A stretch of 64,000 nt of DNA from the human T2T-CHM13v2.0 reference genome, Homo sapiens. Position 1 is the stretch's first letter; each line of letters opens with the position of its first letter. Under the pieces are notes generated by a model. The model had not been told where the DNA came from. It did not search any database and saw nothing but the letters and a program-made list of their open reading frames with translations. Shown in pieces: positions 61,000 through 64,000 of this stretch. Where the stretch lies: NCBI RefSeq assembly GCF_009914755.1, contig NC_060947.1; one strand, given 5' to 3'. The translations under genes and the position numbers were made by a program.

Positions 61000-63900
61000 G
61001 GGGGGGAGGAGCCAAGATGGTCAAATAGGAACAGCTCCAGTCTACGACACAGAAGATGGGTGATTTCTGCATTTCCAACTGAGGTACCGGGTTCATCTCA
61101 CTGGGGAGTTGCAGACAGTGGGTGCAGGAAAGTGGGAGCAGTGCACCATGCATGAGCTGAAGCAGGGCGAGGCATCGCCTCACCCGGGAAGTGCAAGGGG
61201 TCAGAGAATTCCCTTTCCTAGTCAAAGAAAGGGGTGACAGATGGCGCCTGGAAAATCAGGTCACTCCCACCCTAATACAGCACTTTTCCAATGGGCTTAA
61301 CAAATGGCACACCAGGAGATTATATACCGCACATGGCTCAGAGGGTCCTATACCCACAGAACCTCGCTGATTGCTAGCACAGCAGTCTGAGATCCAACTG
61401 CAAGGTGGCAGCGAGGCTGGGGTAGGGGCGCCCACCATTTCTCAGGCTTGAGTAGGTAAACAAAGAACCAGGAAGCTCAAACTGGGTGGAGCCCACCACA
61501 GCTCAAGGAAGCCTGCCTGCCTCTGTAGGCTCCACCTCTGGGGGCAGGGCACAGTCAAACAAAATGGAATAGTAATCTCTGCAGACTTAAATGCCCCTGT
61601 CTGACATCTTTGAAGACAGTAGTGGTTCTCCCAGCAAGCAGCTTGAGATCTGAGAACGGGCAGACTGCCTCTTCAAGTGGGTCCCTGACTCCCGAGTAGC
61701 CTAACTGGGAGGCACCACACAGTAGGGCCAGACTGACACCTCACACGGCCGGGTACTCCTCTGAGACAAAACTTACAGAGGAACAATCAGGCAGCAACAT
61801 TTGCTATTCACCAATATCCGCTGTTCTGCAGCTACCACCGCTGATACCCAGGCAAACAGGGTCTGAAGTGGACCTCCAGTAAACTCCAACAGACCTTCAG
61901 CTGAGGGTCCTGACTGTTAGAAGGAAAACTAACAAACAGAAAGGATATCCACACCAAAATCCCATCTGTAAATCACCATCATCAAAGACCAAAGGTAGAT
62001 AAAACCACAAAGATGGGGAAAAAACAGAGCAGAAAAACCAGAAACTCTAAAAATCAGAGCACCTCTCCTCCTCCAAAGGAATGCAGCTCCTCACCAGCAA
62101 CGGAACAAAGCTGGACGGATAATGACCTTGATGAGTTGAGAGAGGAAGGCTTCTGAAGATGAAACTACTCTGAGCTAAAGGAGGTAGTTCGAACCAATGG
62201 CAAAGAAGGTAAAAACTATGAAAAAAAATTAGACGAATGGCTAACTAGAATAACCAATGCAGAGAAATCCTTAAAGGACCTGATGGAGCTGAAAACCATG
62301 CCACCAGAACTACATGACGAATGCACAAGCCTCAGTAACTGATGTGATCAACTGGAAGAAAGAGTATCAGTGATGGAAGATGAAATGAATGAAATTAAGC
62401 AAGAAGAGAAGTTTAGAGAAAAAATAATAAAAAGAAACAAACAAACCCACAAGAAATATGGGACTATGTGAAAAGACCAAATCTACGTCTGATTGGTGTA
62501 CCTGAAAGTGATGGGGAGAATGGAACCAAGTTGGAAAACACTCTGCAGGATATTATACAGGAGAACTTCCCCAGTGTAGCAAGGCAGACCAACATTCAAA
62601 TTCAGAAAATAAATAGAATGCCACAAAGATATGTCCTGAGAAGGCAGCTCCAAGACACATAATTGTCAGATTCACCAAAGTTGAAATGAAGGAAAAAATG
62701 TTAAGGGCAGCCAGAGAGAAAGGTCGGGTTACCCACAAAAGGAAGCCCATCAGACTAACAGCTGATCTCTCAGCAGAAACTCTACAAGCCAGAAGAGGGT
62801 GGGGGCCAAAATTCAACAATCTTAAAGAAAAGAATTTTCACCCCAGAATATCATATCCAGCCAAACTAAGCTTCAGAAGTGAAGGAGAAATAAAATCCTT
62901 TTCAGACAAGCAAATGCTGAGAGATTTTGTCACCACCAGGCCTGTCCTAAAAGAGCTCCTGAAGAAAGCACTAAACATGGAAAGGAAAAACCGGTACCAC
63001 CCACTGGAAAATCATGCCAAATTGTAAAGACCATCGAGGCTAGGAAGAAACTGCACCAACTAATGAGCAAAATAACCAGCTAACATCATAATGACAGGAT
63101 CAAATTTACACATAACAATACTAACCTTAAATGTAAATGGGGTAAATGCTCCAATTAAAAGACAAAGACTGGCAAATTGGATAAAGAGTCAAGACCCATC
63201 AGTGTGTTGTATTCAGGAAACCCATCTCATGTTCAGAGACTCACATAGGCTCAAAATAAAGGGATGGAGGAAGATCTACCAAGCAAATGGAAAACAAAAA
63301 AGGGCAGGGGTTGCAATCCTAGTCTCTGATAAAACAGACTTTAAACCAACAAAGATCAAAAGAGACAAAGAAGGCCATTACATAATGGTAAAGGGATCAA
63401 TTCAACAAGAAGAGCTAACTATCCTAAATATATATGCACCCAATACAGGAGCACCCAGATTCCTAAAGCAAGTCCTGAGTGACCTACAAAGAGACTTAGA
63501 CTCCCAGACAATAATAATGGGAGACTTTAACACCCCACTGTCAACATTAGACAGATCAACAAGACAGACAGTTAACAAGGATATCCAGGAATTGAACTCA
63601 GCTCTGCATCAAGCGGACCTAATAGACATCTACAGAACTCTCCACCCCAAATCAACAGAATATATATTTTTTTCAGCACCACACCACACTTTTCCAAAAT
63701 TGACCACATAGTTGGAAGTAAAGCACTCCTCAACAAATGTAAAAGAACAGAAATTATAACAAAATGTCTCTCAGACCAGAGTCCAATCAAACTAGAACTC
63801 AGGATTAAGAAATTCACTCAAAACCGCTCAACTACATGGAAACTGAACAACCTGCTCCTGAATGACGACTGGGTACATAACGAAATGAAGCCAGAAAAAA

Positions 63901-64000
63901 AGATGTTCTTTGAAACCAATGAGAACAAAGACACAACACACCAGAATCTCTGGGACACATTCAAAGCAGTGTGTAGAGGGAAATTTATAGCACTAAATGC
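61000..64000 (+). mobile_element. L1PA (about PA3-6) with intact 5' end, running off the window; ORF1 62013-63027 disrupted, ORF2 from 63091 frameshifted
   Basis: GGGGGGGAGGAGCCAAGATGG start after a TT/AAGA endonuclease-like site; ORF1 ATG 62013 with premature TGA at 62154; ORF2 MTGSNLHITILTLNVNG. Confidence 0.97.
61256..61438 (-). CDS. L1 ORF0 (antisense 5'UTR ORF), truncated to 60 aa
   Basis: MVGAPTPASLPPCSWISDCCASNQRGSVGIGPSEP… matches the recalled L1 ORF0 (MAGAPPPASLPPCSLISDCCASNQRDSVGVGPSEP…); ATG present; stop after RVGVT. Confidence 0.75.
   Translation of the reverse strand: MVGAPTPASLPPCSWISDCCASNQRGSVGIGPSEPCAVYNLLVCHLLSPLEKCCIRVGVT

Overview
Primate (human or great-ape-like) genomic DNA containing the 3' part of the KLF8 gene (Kruppel-like factor 8, X-linked in human) on the + strand. 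Four coding exons lie at 6523-7087, 10719-10830, 11519-11658 and 25645-25826, encoding the PVDLS CtBP motif and three C2H2 fingers; the start codon is upstream of the window. A long 3'UTR probably ends near AATAAA 32836. The rest is transposon-dense (L1, Alu, MaLR/ERVL LTRs, MER2, Tigger1). I found no new gene or new class of biological system. The most notable structures are rearrangement scars visible in the sequence: (1) a ~2.6 kb inverted duplication (39930-42513 vs 53022-58090); (2) a clear L1 3'-transduction (53730-56341) inserted in one arm, with its empty pre-insertion site preserved in the other arm; (3) a probable second transduction with a fold-back 5' junction (52059-53020); (4) a multi-template insertion that duplicated a candidate 151-nt poison exon in the last KLF8 intron. 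Candidate post-transcriptional controls include a weak donor on the finger-1 exon followed by a CA/GA repeat, an inverted Alu pair gated by alternative poly(A) signals, and 3'UTR G-quadruplex motifs. Repeat subfamily names come from recalled consensus sequences and identities are hand counts; both need computational confirmation.
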